Of a stretch of 64,000 nucleotides of DNA, positions 44,053 to 54,744 are shown in pieces (the stretch's first letter is position 1; every line of letters starts with the position of its first letter). Location: assembly GCF_050874245.1 (NCBI RefSeq), contig NZ_JBNMKH010000001.1:9140-73139 (forward strand). The letters are read 5' to 3'. This DNA comes from Bifidobacterium sp. (lineage in GTDB: Bacteria > Actinomycetota > Actinomycetes > Actinomycetales > Bifidobacteriaceae). Below the pieces are notes generated by a model that saw only the letters and a program-made list of their open reading frames with translations, was not told the DNA's origin and did no database searches. The position numbers and the translations under genes were made by a program.

Positions 44053-44096
44053 ATGCCTCTATGACGGGAGGTACAACGCCTCCCATCATAGAGCAT
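44053..44096 (-). other. Hairpin between rpsB and tsf (possible partial terminator)
   Basis: CTCTATGACGGGAGG...CCTCCCATCATAGAG imperfect inverted repeat. Confidence 0.5.
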
Positions 44097-44100
44097 GGTT

Positions 44101-44919
44101 TCACTCGGCCTTGGCTTCGCCTTCAGCCGCAGCCGGAGCTTCGGCGGCCGGAGCGCCCTCGGTGAGGAGCTCCTTCTCCCAAGCGGCCATCGGCTGCTCG
44201 GATTCGCCTTCAGCCTTGGCGGCCTTGCCGGAACGCTCCAGCAGGCCTTCCGCCACTGCGTCGGCCATGAGGCTGGTCAGCAACTCGATGCCACGGATGG
44301 CGTCATCATTAGCGGCGATCGGATACTCAACGGATTCCGGATCGGCGTTGGTGTCGACGATGGCGACGACCGGGATGCCCAGCTTGTGGGCTTCCTCGAC
44401 GGCCAGGGCCTCCTTGTTCACATCGACCACGAACATGGCGGACGGGGTACGGTTCATGTTGCGGATACCGCCCAGCTGCTTGGCCAGCTTGTCCTTCTCA
44501 CGCTCGAGGAGCAGCAGCTCCTTCTTGGTCAGGCCGGAACCATGCACGTCGGTGAAGTCCATCTCCTCAAGTTCCTTGAGACGGGAGACGCGCTTGGACA
44601 CGGTCTGGAAGTTGGTCAGCATGCCGCCGAGCCAGCGCTCGGAAACGTACGGCATGTTCACGCGGGTGGCCTGGGTGGAGACGGCTTCCTGGGCCTGCTT
44701 CTTGGTGCCGACGAACAGCACGGTGCCGTTGTGGGCAACAGTGGCCTTGATGAAGTCATAGGCCTTGTCGATCATGTCGAGCGACTTGAACAGGTTGATG
44801 ATGTGGATGCCGTTGCGCTGGGTGAGGATGAACTGCTTCATCTTCGGGTTCCAACGACGGGTCTGGTGGCCGAAGTGCAGACCTGCCTTCAGCATGTCGC
44901 TCATAGTGATCTGAGCCAT
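44101..44919 (-). CDS. rpsB: 30S ribosomal protein S2
   Basis: [31 protein letters not shown]. Confidence 0.98.
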   Translation of the reverse strand: MAQITMSDMLKAGLHFGHQTRRWNPKMKQFILTQRNGIHIINLFKSLDMIDKAYDFIKATVAHNGTVLFVGTKKQAQEAVSTQATRVNMPYVSERWLGGMLTNFQTVSKRVSRLKELEEMDFTDVHGSGLTKKELLLLEREKDKLAKQLGGIRNMNRTPSAMFVVDVNKEALAVEEAHKLGIPVVAIVDTNADPESVEYPIAANDDAIRGIELLTSLMADAVAEGLLERSGKAAKAEGESEQPMAAWEKELLTEGAPAAEAPAAAEGEAKAE

Positions 44920-45050
44920 GGTATCGCTACCTCTTTCTTGTCGGTTCTTGCCTGGCCATGCGTTCCTGCGTGCAGCCGACGTCCTGAGGACATCAGCCGA
45001 CCGACACAGGCCGTCACGAGCATGACGCGAATTGGTTGTGCGCCGGTTGA
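44920..45050 (-). promoter_or_regulatory. rpsB 5' leader, possible S2 autoregulatory element
   Basis: Position and length fit the known rpsB leader element, but I could not confirm the consensus by eye. Confidence 0.3.
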
Positions 45051-45105
45051 CAATATTGGGTGGCTGGGGACGCTCGCGACAACGTCTCCCGCCGGAATGG
45101 CACAC

Positions 45106-45155
45106 AAAAATAAAAATATCACGGGGCCACGTCTTTCATGGACGTGACCCCGTGA
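45106..45155 (-). terminator. Intrinsic terminator after def
   Basis: TCACGGGGTCACGTC/GACGTGGCCCCGTGA stem followed by TATTTTTATTTTT on the minus strand. Confidence 0.75.
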
Positions 45156-45172
45156 CACCATCGGTTTCCTAG

Positions 45173-45658
45173 TTACTTGCGATGATTACGCATGTAACGC
45201 ATCGCCTCGCGTCGCTCCTCTTTTTCCAGACGATCGAGATAGACATGGCCGTCCAGATGATCGGTTTCATGCTGCAGCATGCGTCCCATGATGCCATGGC
45301 CTTCCAGAACGACGGTGTTGCCATCCAAATCGATGCCACGCACCCGTGCGTAATCCGCACGGCGTGTCTTGTACCACAATCCCGGAACGGACAAACAGCC
45401 TTCATCGCCATACTGCTCTCCGCTGGTCTCCTCCAGCACGGGATTGAGCACATAGCCGATTTTGCCGTCGATGTTGTAGGAGAACGCGCGCAGACTCACA
45501 CCGATTTGGTTGGCGGACAGACCAGCACGTCCCGGATCGTCGACGGTGTCCAACAGGTCCTGCACCAGATGACGCACGGCGGGCGTGATCTCCCTAATGG
45601 GGTCGCATGGGGTGCGCAGCACCGGATCAGGTACGACTCGAATCTCACGGATTGCCAA
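45173..45658 (-). CDS. def: Peptide deformylase
   Basis: [22 protein letters not shown]. Confidence 0.97.
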   Translation of the reverse strand: MAIREIRVVPDPVLRTPCDPIREITPAVRHLVQDLLDTVDDPGRAGLSANQIGVSLRAFSYNIDGKIGYVLNPVLEETSGEQYGDEGCLSVPGLWYKTRRADYARVRGIDLDGNTVVLEGHGIMGRMLQHETDHLDGHVYLDRLEKEERREAMRYMRNHRK

Positions 45659-45660
45659 AA

Positions 45661-47709
45661 TTAACGCTCCTCGCTATTATCCGAATCCTCGGTTTCGGAA
45701 GGTTCGGCGGATGATTTCGCCTTGTCATCCGATTCATCGGACTGTTTCTTGATTCTCTCCTGCATGGTATCAAATGCCTGCCGAACCTTCGGACTGACCG
45801 ATTCGGAAGCCTGTCGCACGCTTTCCGATGCCTGCTTGACCGTTTCCGTGGTGCGATCGAGAATCTGGACCGTCTTCGGCAATGGCCTGCCGGATTGTTT
45901 CGGAGCGTAGATGACGTTCTCGATGATGTCCTCGTAACGCTGCAGCACCTTGGGACGAACGACCTTCAGGCTCGCGGTCAGAGTACCGTCCTGCTGGTTG
46001 AATTCCTCACTGAGGATTTCGAATTTGCGCACGGATTCCGCACGGGAGACGTTCGCGTTCGCTTTTTCGACATATTGCTGCACGAATGCACGGACCGCGT
46101 CGTTCTCTGCAATCTGTTCCATGGACATATCGCGGTCCAGTCCCTGCTGGGAAAGCCACGAACGGACCATATCAGGGTCCAGCTCGATCAGCGCGCTGAT
46201 GAATGGCTTTCCATCTCCGATGACCACCGCATGGGACACTATCGGGCAGGTGTCGATGATATCCTCCATCGGCGCCGGGCTGACGTTCTTGCCCCCGGCC
46301 GTGATGATGATGTCCTTCTTACGGCCGGTTATATATACGAATCCGTCGTCGTCGATGGCGCCCAAATCCCCTGTTCTGAGCCAACCGTCGGGCATTTTGA
46401 CCTCGGCGGTCTTCTCGGGGTTCTTGTAATAGCCGAGGAAGACGTTGGGGCCCATGACCTGCAGCTCTCCATCATCGTCGGTACGCACGCCCATACCAGG
46501 TCCGGGTTTGCCGACGGAACCGACACGGTTCGCGTTCTGCCAATTGACGATCATCGGAGCCGCCGTCTCCGTCATACCATATCCTTGGATGAACGTGATA
46601 CCGTCCATGCCATTGAAGAAGTGGGCAAGGTCAACATTCAACGGAGCCCCTCCACATGCCAGATATTTCAGATTCGGTCCAAGCGCGGAACGGATGGACT
46701 TGCCGACAGTGGACATGAAGAACGAATGCTCGGTGCGGGCGATCAGGGAATGTCCGGCCCCATTCTGCTCATCCTTGGACCACTGGACGAAATGCTCGAA
46801 CGCCTTGGCGAAGATTCTGCCACGGATGCCGGCACCGGCCTTCTGCGATGCGGCGTTGTACACCTTCTCGAACACACGGGGCACGCCAAGCAGATATGTC
46901 GGTTTGAAGCTGCGCAGATCGGCGAGCAGGTGCTTGGCGCCGGGAAGATAGCCGACCACGCCTTGACCGCCGATGGCCACGTACTGGATGTAACGGGCGA
47001 AGCAGTGCGCCAACGGCAGAAATAGCATCAACCGATTCGGTTGGTAAAGCATGTCGTCGAGGATGATATAGCCGTTGAGCACTATATGGGTGAAATTACG
47101 ATGGGACAGCATCGCGCCTTTCGGGCGTCCTGTGGAGCCCGACGTGTAGACGATGGTGAGCATGTCGTCCGCCTTGACCCGGGAAATGGCCCGATCGAGC
47201 GCGTCGTCGTCGATGCCCTCCCCGAAATCCACGACTGCATCGAGTCCATCGGCTTTGAAGTTGAACACATAACGCAATCCCTCATATTCGTCGCGAATCT
47301 GTTCAAGGGTCTGCGTGTGCGAGGAATCCCCGGCGAAGGCGATGATCGGCTCAACCTCCTCGACAATGGAGGCTGCCTGCTTGGCCGAATCCGTCTCATA
47401 TATCGGGACGCTCACCGCACCGATCGCGGCGCAGGCAAAATCCACTACACCCCATTCATAACAGGTCGGGGAATAGATGACCACCATGTTTCCCGGCTTG
47501 ACGCCAAGACCGATAAGTCCTTTCGCCACAGCGCGCACGCGGGCGAGCATCTGGGCCGCCGTCACATCATGCCATTGCCTGGTATCGTCATCCTGCCATT
47601 GCGCAATAAGGTCATCCGGGGTCTTCCCCGCACGACGTGCCAGCAATGCGTAGACCGTGTCCTCATCCGTGGTGCTGTAAGCCGGTTCCGGTACAAATTC
47701 TCTCAACAT
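45661..47709 (-). CDS. fadD: Long-chain fatty acid--CoA ligase (FadD15-like)
   Basis: [33 protein letters not shown]; charged C-terminal extension. Confidence 0.93.
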   Translation of the reverse strand: MLREFVPEPAYSTTDEDTVYALLARRAGKTPDDLIAQWQDDDTRQWHDVTAAQMLARVRAVAKGLIGLGVKPGNMVVIYSPTCYEWGVVDFACAAIGAVSVPIYETDSAKQAASIVEEVEPIIAFAGDSSHTQTLEQIRDEYEGLRYVFNFKADGLDAVVDFGEGIDDDALDRAISRVKADDMLTIVYTSGSTGRPKGAMLSHRNFTHIVLNGYIILDDMLYQPNRLMLFLPLAHCFARYIQYVAIGGQGVVGYLPGAKHLLADLRSFKPTYLLGVPRVFEKVYNAASQKAGAGIRGRIFAKAFEHFVQWSKDEQNGAGHSLIARTEHSFFMSTVGKSIRSALGPNLKYLACGGAPLNVDLAHFFNGMDGITFIQGYGMTETAAPMIVNWQNANRVGSVGKPGPGMGVRTDDDGELQVMGPNVFLGYYKNPEKTAEVKMPDGWLRTGDLGAIDDDGFVYITGRKKDIIITAGGKNVSPAPMEDIIDTCPIVSHAVVIGDGKPFISALIELDPDMVRSWLSQQGLDRDMSMEQIAENDAVRAFVQQYVEKANANVSRAESVRKFEILSEEFNQQDGTLTASLKVVRPKVLQRYEDIIENVIYAPKQSGRPLPKTVQILDRTTETVKQASESVRQASESVSPKVRQAFDTMQERIKKQSDESDDKAKSSAEPSETEDSDNSEER

Positions 47710-47748
47710 GATTTCTATAGTAGTTGCCGTTCTTCCAAGGCGCACTGG

Positions 47749-47790
47749 AAACCCTTGAAATCAGCTGTAAATAGCCAATCTCAAGGGTTT
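47749..47790. repeat. 10-bp inverted repeat between the hypothetical gene and fadD
   Basis: AAACCCTTGA (47749-47758) and TCAAGGGTTT (47781-47790) in an AT-rich spacer; terminator or operator. Confidence 0.5.
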
Positions 47791-47817
47791 TGCCTTAATA
47801 TTCCGCTTTAAAAAACG

Positions 47818-48456
47818 TCAGCCGAAATCAGCCACGGTGCATCTCCATACGGATCCCTTGAACACGAAGGTTGTATTGCAGCTCATCCGCAGGTCGCCGA
47901 TGCTGAGCAGCACGGTGCATTCGAACTTCGTCGGCGAAACCAGCCATCCGCTGACCATGAACACGTTGATGGGCAGCAGACCGAACCTGGCGTGAAGTCT
48001 GATGTCCTCCTTCATGTGATTGATCAAAAGACCTGACGCCGTCTTCAACCGACGCATGCAGTCCTCCGTTAGGATGCGTTCAACGTGCGCCGGCTTCCGG
48101 CGGCCACGGAAGATGTCGATGACATCACACGACAGGCGCGCCCCCAAAAGCGCCAGATAATGAGCCTGCCCGACGTCCCACGGCGTGTCGTCGATGCGGA
48201 CGATATGATACGGGATGCGTTTGTGAGACAATTCCGATTCCAGAAAACCATCGTATGAGGAAAGGGCTTTCTTCTCTCTTTTCAGCTGTTCTAACAGCCG
48301 GTTATCTTCTTCGTTGAAGTCCAATAACGTATCCAATCCTGATGACGGAATCCTGTCTGGTTCGTCGTCGCGTAAAACATCATCGTTATCCACCTCCTGC
48401 TCGGGATTGGATTGCGAACCCGGAGGTGGAACATCTTCTTTGAATAAATCGTCCAT
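47818..48456 (-). CDS. Hypothetical protein, C-terminus resembles the Rv3235/DUF6459 family
   Basis: AAGGAGG RBS; acidic N-terminus; DIFRGRRKPAHV and C-terminal WRCTVADFG recall Rv3235-like proteins (from memory). Confidence 0.55.
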   Translation of the reverse strand: MDDLFKEDVPPPGSQSNPEQEVDNDDVLRDDEPDRIPSSGLDTLLDFNEEDNRLLEQLKREKKALSSYDGFLESELSHKRIPYHIVRIDDTPWDVGQAHYLALLGARLSCDVIDIFRGRRKPAHVERILTEDCMRRLKTASGLLINHMKEDIRLHARFGLLPINVFMVSGWLVSPTKFECTVLLSIGDLRMSCNTTFVFKGSVWRCTVADFG

Positions 48457-48609
48457 ATAAAATGGCCTCCTTTATCGGATGTCATCCGACTCTGCTGAGA
48501 AGGACGTAATGACCATTTAGACATAAGAAATTCCCCCCGTCAAGTCGATGGAGGGAATTATCGAATATATGGACAGCCCACCCTTCAGGGGCGGGCTGCG
48601 ATCATTCGG

Positions 48610-49728
48610 TCACCGGTTCGGGGTGACGGTGACCGGACAACGCTGGAAGCTCTTCAGATCGACATAACCAGTGGTGGCCATGGCCCGGCGAAGAGCGCCG
48701 ACGAAATTGGTGGTGCCATCCGCGTTGTGGCTCGGGCCAAACATCACTTCCTCCAAAGTGCCCACGGTTCCCACGTTGGTACGGAAACCACGCGGCAATG
48801 TCTGGTGACGCGCCTCGGCACCCCAGTGCATACCCTGGCCGGGTGCTTCCTTGGCACGGGCCAACGGAGAGCCAAGCATCACCGCATCCGCGCCGAGAGC
48901 GAAGGCCTTGATAAAGCTTCCGGAATCACCCATGCCTCCATCGGCGATCACCTGCACGTAACGACCACCCGATTCATCCATGTAATCACGTCGCGCCTCG
49001 GCGACGTCGGCGATGGCCGTGGCCATCGGCGCATGCACTCCGATCGTGTTGCGGTTGGCAGAGACCGCTCCTCCGCCGAAGCCGACGAGGACGCCGGCCG
49101 CGCCGGTACGCATCAGATGCAAAGCCGCCGTGTAGTTGGCCGCACCCCCGACGATGACCGGAACGTCCAGGTCATAGATGAACTTCTTGAGGTTGAGGGG
49201 CTCGTGGTCCTTGGAGACATGCTCCGCGGACACAACGGTGCCACGGATGACGAACAGGTCGACGCCCGCCTCAAGCACCGTCGAATAATAATCCTGCGTG
49301 CGCTGGGGCGACAACGCTCCGGCGACGGTGACGCCGGCGTCGCGAATCTCATGCAGGCGCTCGACGATGAGCTCCGGCTTGATTGGCTCGGCATAGATCT
49401 CCTGGATGCGCTCAGTGGCCTTGTCCGCCGGCAACTGCGCGATTTCGTCAAGCAGCGGCTGAGGATCAGCGTAACGAGTCCACAACCCTTCAAGATCAAG
49501 CACGCCGAGCGCGCCCATTTTGCCCATGGCGATGGCCGTGGCCGGGCTGGTCACGGAATCCATTGGAGCGCCGATGACCGGCACGTCGAATTCATAGGCA
49601 TCGACCTGCCAGGAAGTGGATACGTCCTGAGGGTCACGGGTACGACGGGAGGGGACGATGGAGACATCGTCCAGCGAGTAGGCCAGACGGCCTTTCTTGC
49701 CCAAACCGATTTCAATTTCCTGAGACAT
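48610..49728 (-). CDS. guaB3: GuaB3-family IMP dehydrogenase-related protein
   Basis: LDDVSIVPSRRTRDP, APMDSV, IADGG, VMLGS; no CBS pair; catalytic-loop Cys not seen. Confidence 0.9.
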   Translation of the reverse strand: MSQEIEIGLGKKGRLAYSLDDVSIVPSRRTRDPQDVSTSWQVDAYEFDVPVIGAPMDSVTSPATAIAMGKMGALGVLDLEGLWTRYADPQPLLDEIAQLPADKATERIQEIYAEPIKPELIVERLHEIRDAGVTVAGALSPQRTQDYYSTVLEAGVDLFVIRGTVVSAEHVSKDHEPLNLKKFIYDLDVPVIVGGAANYTAALHLMRTGAAGVLVGFGGGAVSANRNTIGVHAPMATAIADVAEARRDYMDESGGRYVQVIADGGMGDSGSFIKAFALGADAVMLGSPLARAKEAPGQGMHWGAEARHQTLPRGFRTNVGTVGTLEEVMFGPSHNADGTTNFVGALRRAMATTGYVDLKSFQRCPVTVTPNR

Positions 49729-49863
49729 GGTTTCAAGGCTAATGCTCAGCTATGACAGTGGCTTCAAGCGTGTCCTTCCATGGTTTTGGACATTTCCGCA
49801 CGTAATTAACACATATGTATTAAGACGGGATTCATCACCTCAATCCTGACAGGAGGACAAACC

Positions 49864-51084
49864 ATGGCCAAAATCAAGGTCGAAGGCAAAGTCGTCGAAC
49901 TCGACGGCGACGAAATGACCCGCGTCATCTGGAAGGACATCAAGAACCGTCTGATCCTGCCATATCTCGACGTGGACCTGGATTACTACGATCTGGGCAT
50001 TGAGAATCGAGACGCCACCGACGACCAGGTGACCGTGGACGCGGCGAAGGCCATCCAGCGGGAGCATGTCGGTGTCAAGTGCGCCACCATCACCCCGGAC
50101 GAGGCTCGCGTCAAAGAATTCGGCCTTAAGAAGATGTGGAAGTCCCCCAACGGCACCATTCGCAACATCCTCGGCGGAACCATCTTCCGCGAGCCGATCG
50201 TCATGAGCAATGTGCCGCGTCTGGTGCCGGGATGGACCAAGCCGATCGTCGTGGCCCGTCATGCATTCGGCGACCAGTACAAGGCTACGGACTTCAAGGT
50301 TCCGGGAGCCGGACAGCTCACCGTCACGTTCACGCCGGAAGACGGCGGCGAACCCATCCAGCACGTCGTGTACAACTACGGCCCCGATGGCGGCGTCGCC
50401 CAGGTGCAGTACAACGTCAACGACTCCATCCGCGGATTCGCCCGAGCCTGCTTCAATTACGGACTGATGCGCGGCTATCCGGTGTATCTGTCCACCAAGA
50501 ACACGATTCTCAAGGCATACGACGGGCAGTTCAAGGATATATTCGCCGAAGTGTTCGAAACCGAATACAAGGACAAGTTCGAGGCGGCCGGACTGACCTA
50601 TGAGCACCGACTGATCGACGATATGGTGGCCAGCTCCTTGAAGTGGCATGGCGGATACATCTGGGCCTGCAAGAACTACGACGGCGACGTGCAGTCCGAT
50701 TCCGTGGCACAGGGCTTCGGATCACTTGGCCTGATGACCTCCGTCCTGATGACCCCCGATGGGCAGACCGTCGAGGCCGAGGCGGCACATGGCACGGTGA
50801 CCCGCCATTATCGCCGTTGGCAGAAGGGCGAGAAGACCTCGACCAACCCGATTGCCTCTATCTTCGCATGGACGGGCGGCTTGAAGCACCGTGCCGACCT
50901 TGATGGCACTCCGGAGGTCAGGCATTTCGCCGAGACTTTGGAAAAGGTCATTATCTCGACCGTCGAAGGCGGCCAGATGACCAAAGACCTCGCCATGCTC
51001 ATTGGTCCCGACCAGCCATGGCTTGATACCGAGGGCTTCATGGACGCGCTCGATGAGAATCTGGCGAAGGCATTGGCGGAATAA
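49864..51084 (+). CDS. icd: NADP-dependent isocitrate dehydrogenase (subfamily II)
   Basis: [44 protein letters not shown]. Confidence 0.98.
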   Translation: MAKIKVEGKVVELDGDEMTRVIWKDIKNRLILPYLDVDLDYYDLGIENRDATDDQVTVDAAKAIQREHVGVKCATITPDEARVKEFGLKKMWKSPNGTIRNILGGTIFREPIVMSNVPRLVPGWTKPIVVARHAFGDQYKATDFKVPGAGQLTVTFTPEDGGEPIQHVVYNYGPDGGVAQVQYNVNDSIRGFARACFNYGLMRGYPVYLSTKNTILKAYDGQFKDIFAEVFETEYKDKFEAAGLTYEHRLIDDMVASSLKWHGGYIWACKNYDGDVQSDSVAQGFGSLGLMTSVLMTPDGQTVEAEAAHGTVTRHYRRWQKGEKTSTNPIASIFAWTGGLKHRADLDGTPEVRHFAETLEKVIISTVEGGQMTKDLAMLIGPDQPWLDTEGFMDALDENLAKALAE

Positions 51085-51102
51085 TCGTCGGCTCTCAAAG
51101 GG

Positions 51103-51138
51103 AAACCCGTATGCGTCTACACGCGTATACGGGTTTTT
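51103..51138 (+). terminator. Intrinsic terminator after icd
   Basis: AAACCCGTATGCGT/ACGCGTATACGGGTTT imperfect stem followed by T tract. Confidence 0.7.
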
Positions 51139-51208
51139 CAATGCTCGGATATTACAATCGATGGTCAGTATGAGAAATCCGCCCACCGTATTTCGCAAAG
51201 GACATGGC

Positions 51209-52717
51209 ATGACACTGCATCGCACGACCACGACGAAACGGCTGCTCGCCCTGCTGGCATCGGCCTGCATGGTGGCTGTCATGGGCGCGTGCTCGTCCAA
51301 TGACGGCGCACAGTCGCAGGACAAGGCCACACAGTCCAGCACGGTGAATCCGACCGGCAGCGTGGCGATCTTCACGCCGGCCGACGGCATCACCATCTCC
51401 CAGCAGACGCCATTGAGCAAATGGGAGAAGATCGTTCCCGAAATCGTGTCGTCATTGAAGCAAGAGGGCGTCAAGAGTGGCGACATCACCGTCAAGACCT
51501 CTTCGAATCTCGCCAAGCAGAGTCAAAGCGTGCAGGACTATGTGGTGGACCACATCAACGGCTCCGAACATTCATCCTCGAAGGGCGGAACCACTTTGGT
51601 GGTGGCACCGGTCGCGGATCTGTCGGAATCCGATAGGCAGTACGGCGACTATGCGGGACATGGCATCACTTGGGATTCCGATGCGTCGGACGAGGATGCG
51701 AAAGATCATGCGCAATCGGCGCAACGTCTGGTATCGGCACTGCGCCTCGCCCAGAACGAGGGCATGAAGGTGGTTCTGGTTTCCAACACTCTCCAGGGAT
51801 ACGCTCCGGACGTGTACGTTCCAATGGTCACCGCCGAGCAGATCGGAAAGCTGCAGGCACGGGAACTTGTCAGCAAGCTCGAACTCGACAAAGCGTCTTC
51901 CAATGCCCCCAAGCAGATCGAGGTGTTGCTCCCCTACGATGAGACGGACGAGCACGGCAATAAGGAGGACACGTCCTTCGCACAGCATGTGTTCAAGGGA
52001 ATCTGGCAGATTCTCGGACCGTATTTCAAGGACGGCAAGGCCGTCTCCCCCTCCGGAACGCTCACCGCGTCAACCGATGAATCCGATTGGCAATCCGTGG
52101 CGTTCGAATCCGCGAAAGCCGAGCAGGTTAAATCCGCACTCGCCGAACGTCTCGGCATGGATGAGGACGACACTCACCCCACCCGCATCGACGGCATCAT
52201 CTCATGCAACGACTATGTGGCAAAGAACGTAGCCGATGAATTGGCAAAACTCGGTTATACCGGTTCCTCGGCGGACGTCAATCCGTCCATCACCATCTCC
52301 GGCATCGTGGATAGCATCACCGGGAAAAAAGATCTGGAGAGAAAGACGGTGCCCAGTCCTACGAGCGCCTCGACCGATGATGACGGCAACAAGGAATCGG
52401 ATGATGAGGAGAACGCGCAGTGGCCGATCATCACCGGATACGGAGCATATATCAGCTCCATGCCGAATATTGTCAACGGCAAACAATGGATGACCGCGAT
52501 GGAGAATCGCAAGACCCTGGCCAAGGACATCGCACGGACTTGCGTGCGTTTGAACGTCGCAGACAAGCTGTCCAAGTTCGACTTCATCATCTCAACGACG
52601 GTTGAAGGAAAGAAAACGCCGACCATCCATGAGGACGTTCTGGCGATAAGCGCGGGCAATCTCAAGAAAACCCTGATCGAACCCAACTATATATCCCTGG
52701 CGGACGCCGGTCTGTGA
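51209..52717 (+). CDS. Sugar-binding-type ABC substrate-binding lipoprotein (periplasmic binding protein I fold)
   Basis: Signal peptide with lipobox VMGA-C; IDGIISCND; WPIITG; QWMTA. Confidence 0.75.
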   Translation: MTLHRTTTTKRLLALLASACMVAVMGACSSNDGAQSQDKATQSSTVNPTGSVAIFTPADGITISQQTPLSKWEKIVPEIVSSLKQEGVKSGDITVKTSSNLAKQSQSVQDYVVDHINGSEHSSSKGGTTLVVAPVADLSESDRQYGDYAGHGITWDSDASDEDAKDHAQSAQRLVSALRLAQNEGMKVVLVSNTLQGYAPDVYVPMVTAEQIGKLQARELVSKLELDKASSNAPKQIEVLLPYDETDEHGNKEDTSFAQHVFKGIWQILGPYFKDGKAVSPSGTLTASTDESDWQSVAFESAKAEQVKSALAERLGMDEDDTHPTRIDGIISCNDYVAKNVADELAKLGYTGSSADVNPSITISGIVDSITGKKDLERKTVPSPTSASTDDDGNKESDDEENAQWPIITGYGAYISSMPNIVNGKQWMTAMENRKTLAKDIARTCVRLNVADKLSKFDFIISTTVEGKKTPTIHEDVLAISAGNLKKTLIEPNYISLADAGL

Positions 52718-52743
52718 CCGCCGCCTCAACTGTGATGGAATCC

Positions 52744-52789
52744 GGAAGAAGCCCGGGAGATGTGGAACAACGTCTCCCGGGCTTCTTTC
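52744..52789. terminator. Bidirectional terminator between the SBP gene and the second fadD
   Basis: GAAGAAGCCCGGGAGA/TCTCCCGGGCTTCTTT inverted repeat. Confidence 0.75.
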
Positions 52790-52805
52790 GGATAGCGCTC
52801 AAAGC

Positions 52806-54635
52806 TTATTCGGCGTGGGACGCCGGCTTCCTCGGCACATAGATGACCTTGTCTATCAAGGTGCGATAATGCTCGACCACAGCTTGCCGGCGCGCTTTCA
52901 TACTCGGCGTGACCAGACCGTTCTCCTCGGTGAACTCATCGGGGACGATTTCAAACTTGCGGATCGACTCGGCACGCGAAGCGAGCTCATTGGCCTTGTT
53001 GACCGCGCGTTCGACCTCGGCACGCACAATGGGGTTCTTCGAGGCTTCATCCAAATCGGCAACGCGTTCCGCACCCTTGGACTCCAACCACAGGTTCGTC
53101 TCGGTCAAATCAAGGGAGATGATGGCCGCAATGAAGGGCCTACGGTCGCCGATCATCACGCATTGGCTCACCACCGGCGAAGTCATGATGGAGGCCTCCA
53201 TCTCGCACGGGGAAACGTTTTTGCCGCCAGCGGTGATGATGAGATCCTTCTTACGACCGACGATGGAAACGAAACCGTCGTCGTCAATGGAACCAAGATC
53301 TCCGGTATGCAGCCATCCATCAACAATCTGTTGTCTGGTGACATCGGGATTGTTATGGTAACCCGCGCACACAGCAGGGCTTTTGATGCACAGCTCTCCA
53401 TCTTCGTCCACACCCATGGTCACTCCTTGCAAGGGCAGTCCAATGGTGCCTATCCTGTAGCCTTCGGTCGGGTTGACGCTTGAGGGAGCACAGGTTTCGG
53501 TCATGCCATAGCCTTCCAGCAACGGAAGGCCGACGCCGTTGAAGAAGTGCGCGATGGAGGAGTCCAGCGGCGCGCCACCGGAGACCGCGTATTCGACATG
53601 ACCGCCGAACACGTCCATGATCGATGAATACACCAGCTTGTCATACAAGGCATGCTTCGCGTTCAACGCGAAGGGAATCCCCTTGCCTGATTGCTGAGCA
53701 TGGGACCAGTCATATGCGGTACGGGTGGCGCCCGCGAACACACGTCCCTTGAAACCGGAACCGGCCTTCTGCGATGCCGCGTTGTAGATCTTTTCGAAAA
53801 TCCTTGGCACGGCGAGGATGAATGTCGGCTTGAACGCCTTGAAATCAGCGAGAATGGTCTTCAGATTGCTGGAAAGACCAAGCGAGACATTGCCGGCGAA
53901 GCAGAAGAACTGCATGTACCTTGCGAATACGTGGGCCAACGGCAGGAACAGCAACAGGCGACGATTCGGCTTCATGGCGATATCCGGCATGGAATTGACA
54001 CCGGAATAGGTGATGAACACGAAATTGGCGTGCGTCAATTCGACGCCTTTTGGTGTGCCGGTGGACCCGGATGTGTACACGATGGTGGCCAGATCGGAAC
54101 CCTTGACCGCCTGTTCACGTTCAAGAAACTCTGCATCCGATACCGCATGACCGTATTCGATGATGGTATCGAGAGCGCCAAGTCCAATGACATACACGTC
54201 ACCGAGATCGGAGCATTGCCCGCGCACGGATTCAATCTTGTCGCGCTGGGCGTCGTCCTCGGCGAAAGCCATTTTGACGTTGGCGTCGTTGAAGATCATC
54301 CTCACTTGGGCCGGCGAGTTCGTCTCATACACCGGAACGGTGAGCGCGCCGATGGACATGATGGCCACGTCGAGCGCCGTCCATTGCCAGCATGTGTGCG
54401 CGATGATGGACACGGAATCCCCGGGCATCACGCCGCGCGCGATAAGCCCTTTGGCGAGGGCCACCACCTTATCCCTGAATTGTGCGGCGGTGAACGCATC
54501 CCATTCTCCCTGGTCGTTCTTGTATTCAACCAGATTGTCGTTCGGAGTGCGTTCCGCACGCTTCTCGAGCACTGAGAAGATGTTCCTGTCCGCATCGATC
54601 GCATGTTCCAGAGGCCGCGTGTATTCCTTGATCAT
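52806..54635 (-). CDS. fadD: Long-chain fatty acid--CoA ligase (second FadD15-like paralog)
   Basis: YTSGSTGTPKG, FLPLAH, GYGMTE, TGDLG, GRKKD. Confidence 0.93.
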   Translation of the reverse strand: MIKEYTRPLEHAIDADRNIFSVLEKRAERTPNDNLVEYKNDQGEWDAFTAAQFRDKVVALAKGLIARGVMPGDSVSIIAHTCWQWTALDVAIMSIGALTVPVYETNSPAQVRMIFNDANVKMAFAEDDAQRDKIESVRGQCSDLGDVYVIGLGALDTIIEYGHAVSDAEFLEREQAVKGSDLATIVYTSGSTGTPKGVELTHANFVFITYSGVNSMPDIAMKPNRRLLLFLPLAHVFARYMQFFCFAGNVSLGLSSNLKTILADFKAFKPTFILAVPRIFEKIYNAASQKAGSGFKGRVFAGATRTAYDWSHAQQSGKGIPFALNAKHALYDKLVYSSIMDVFGGHVEYAVSGGAPLDSSIAHFFNGVGLPLLEGYGMTETCAPSSVNPTEGYRIGTIGLPLQGVTMGVDEDGELCIKSPAVCAGYHNNPDVTRQQIVDGWLHTGDLGSIDDDGFVSIVGRKKDLIITAGGKNVSPCEMEASIMTSPVVSQCVMIGDRRPFIAAIISLDLTETNLWLESKGAERVADLDEASKNPIVRAEVERAVNKANELASRAESIRKFEIVPDEFTEENGLVTPSMKARRQAVVEHYRTLIDKVIYVPRKPASHAE

Positions 54636-54744
54636 AAGCTTCCCGCTTCTCGAAATCCGTTGTACATACAGCATCATAACCGTCATGCCGCACTTTCCTC
54701 CGAAGCCGCGACTCCACGGCAACGAGATGCATGGGACAAGCCGA

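Noticed and set aside
49800-49830. dif (XerCD) site
   Set aside because: Only a partial XerD-arm resemblance with no XerC arm; better explained as a promoter or operator palindrome.
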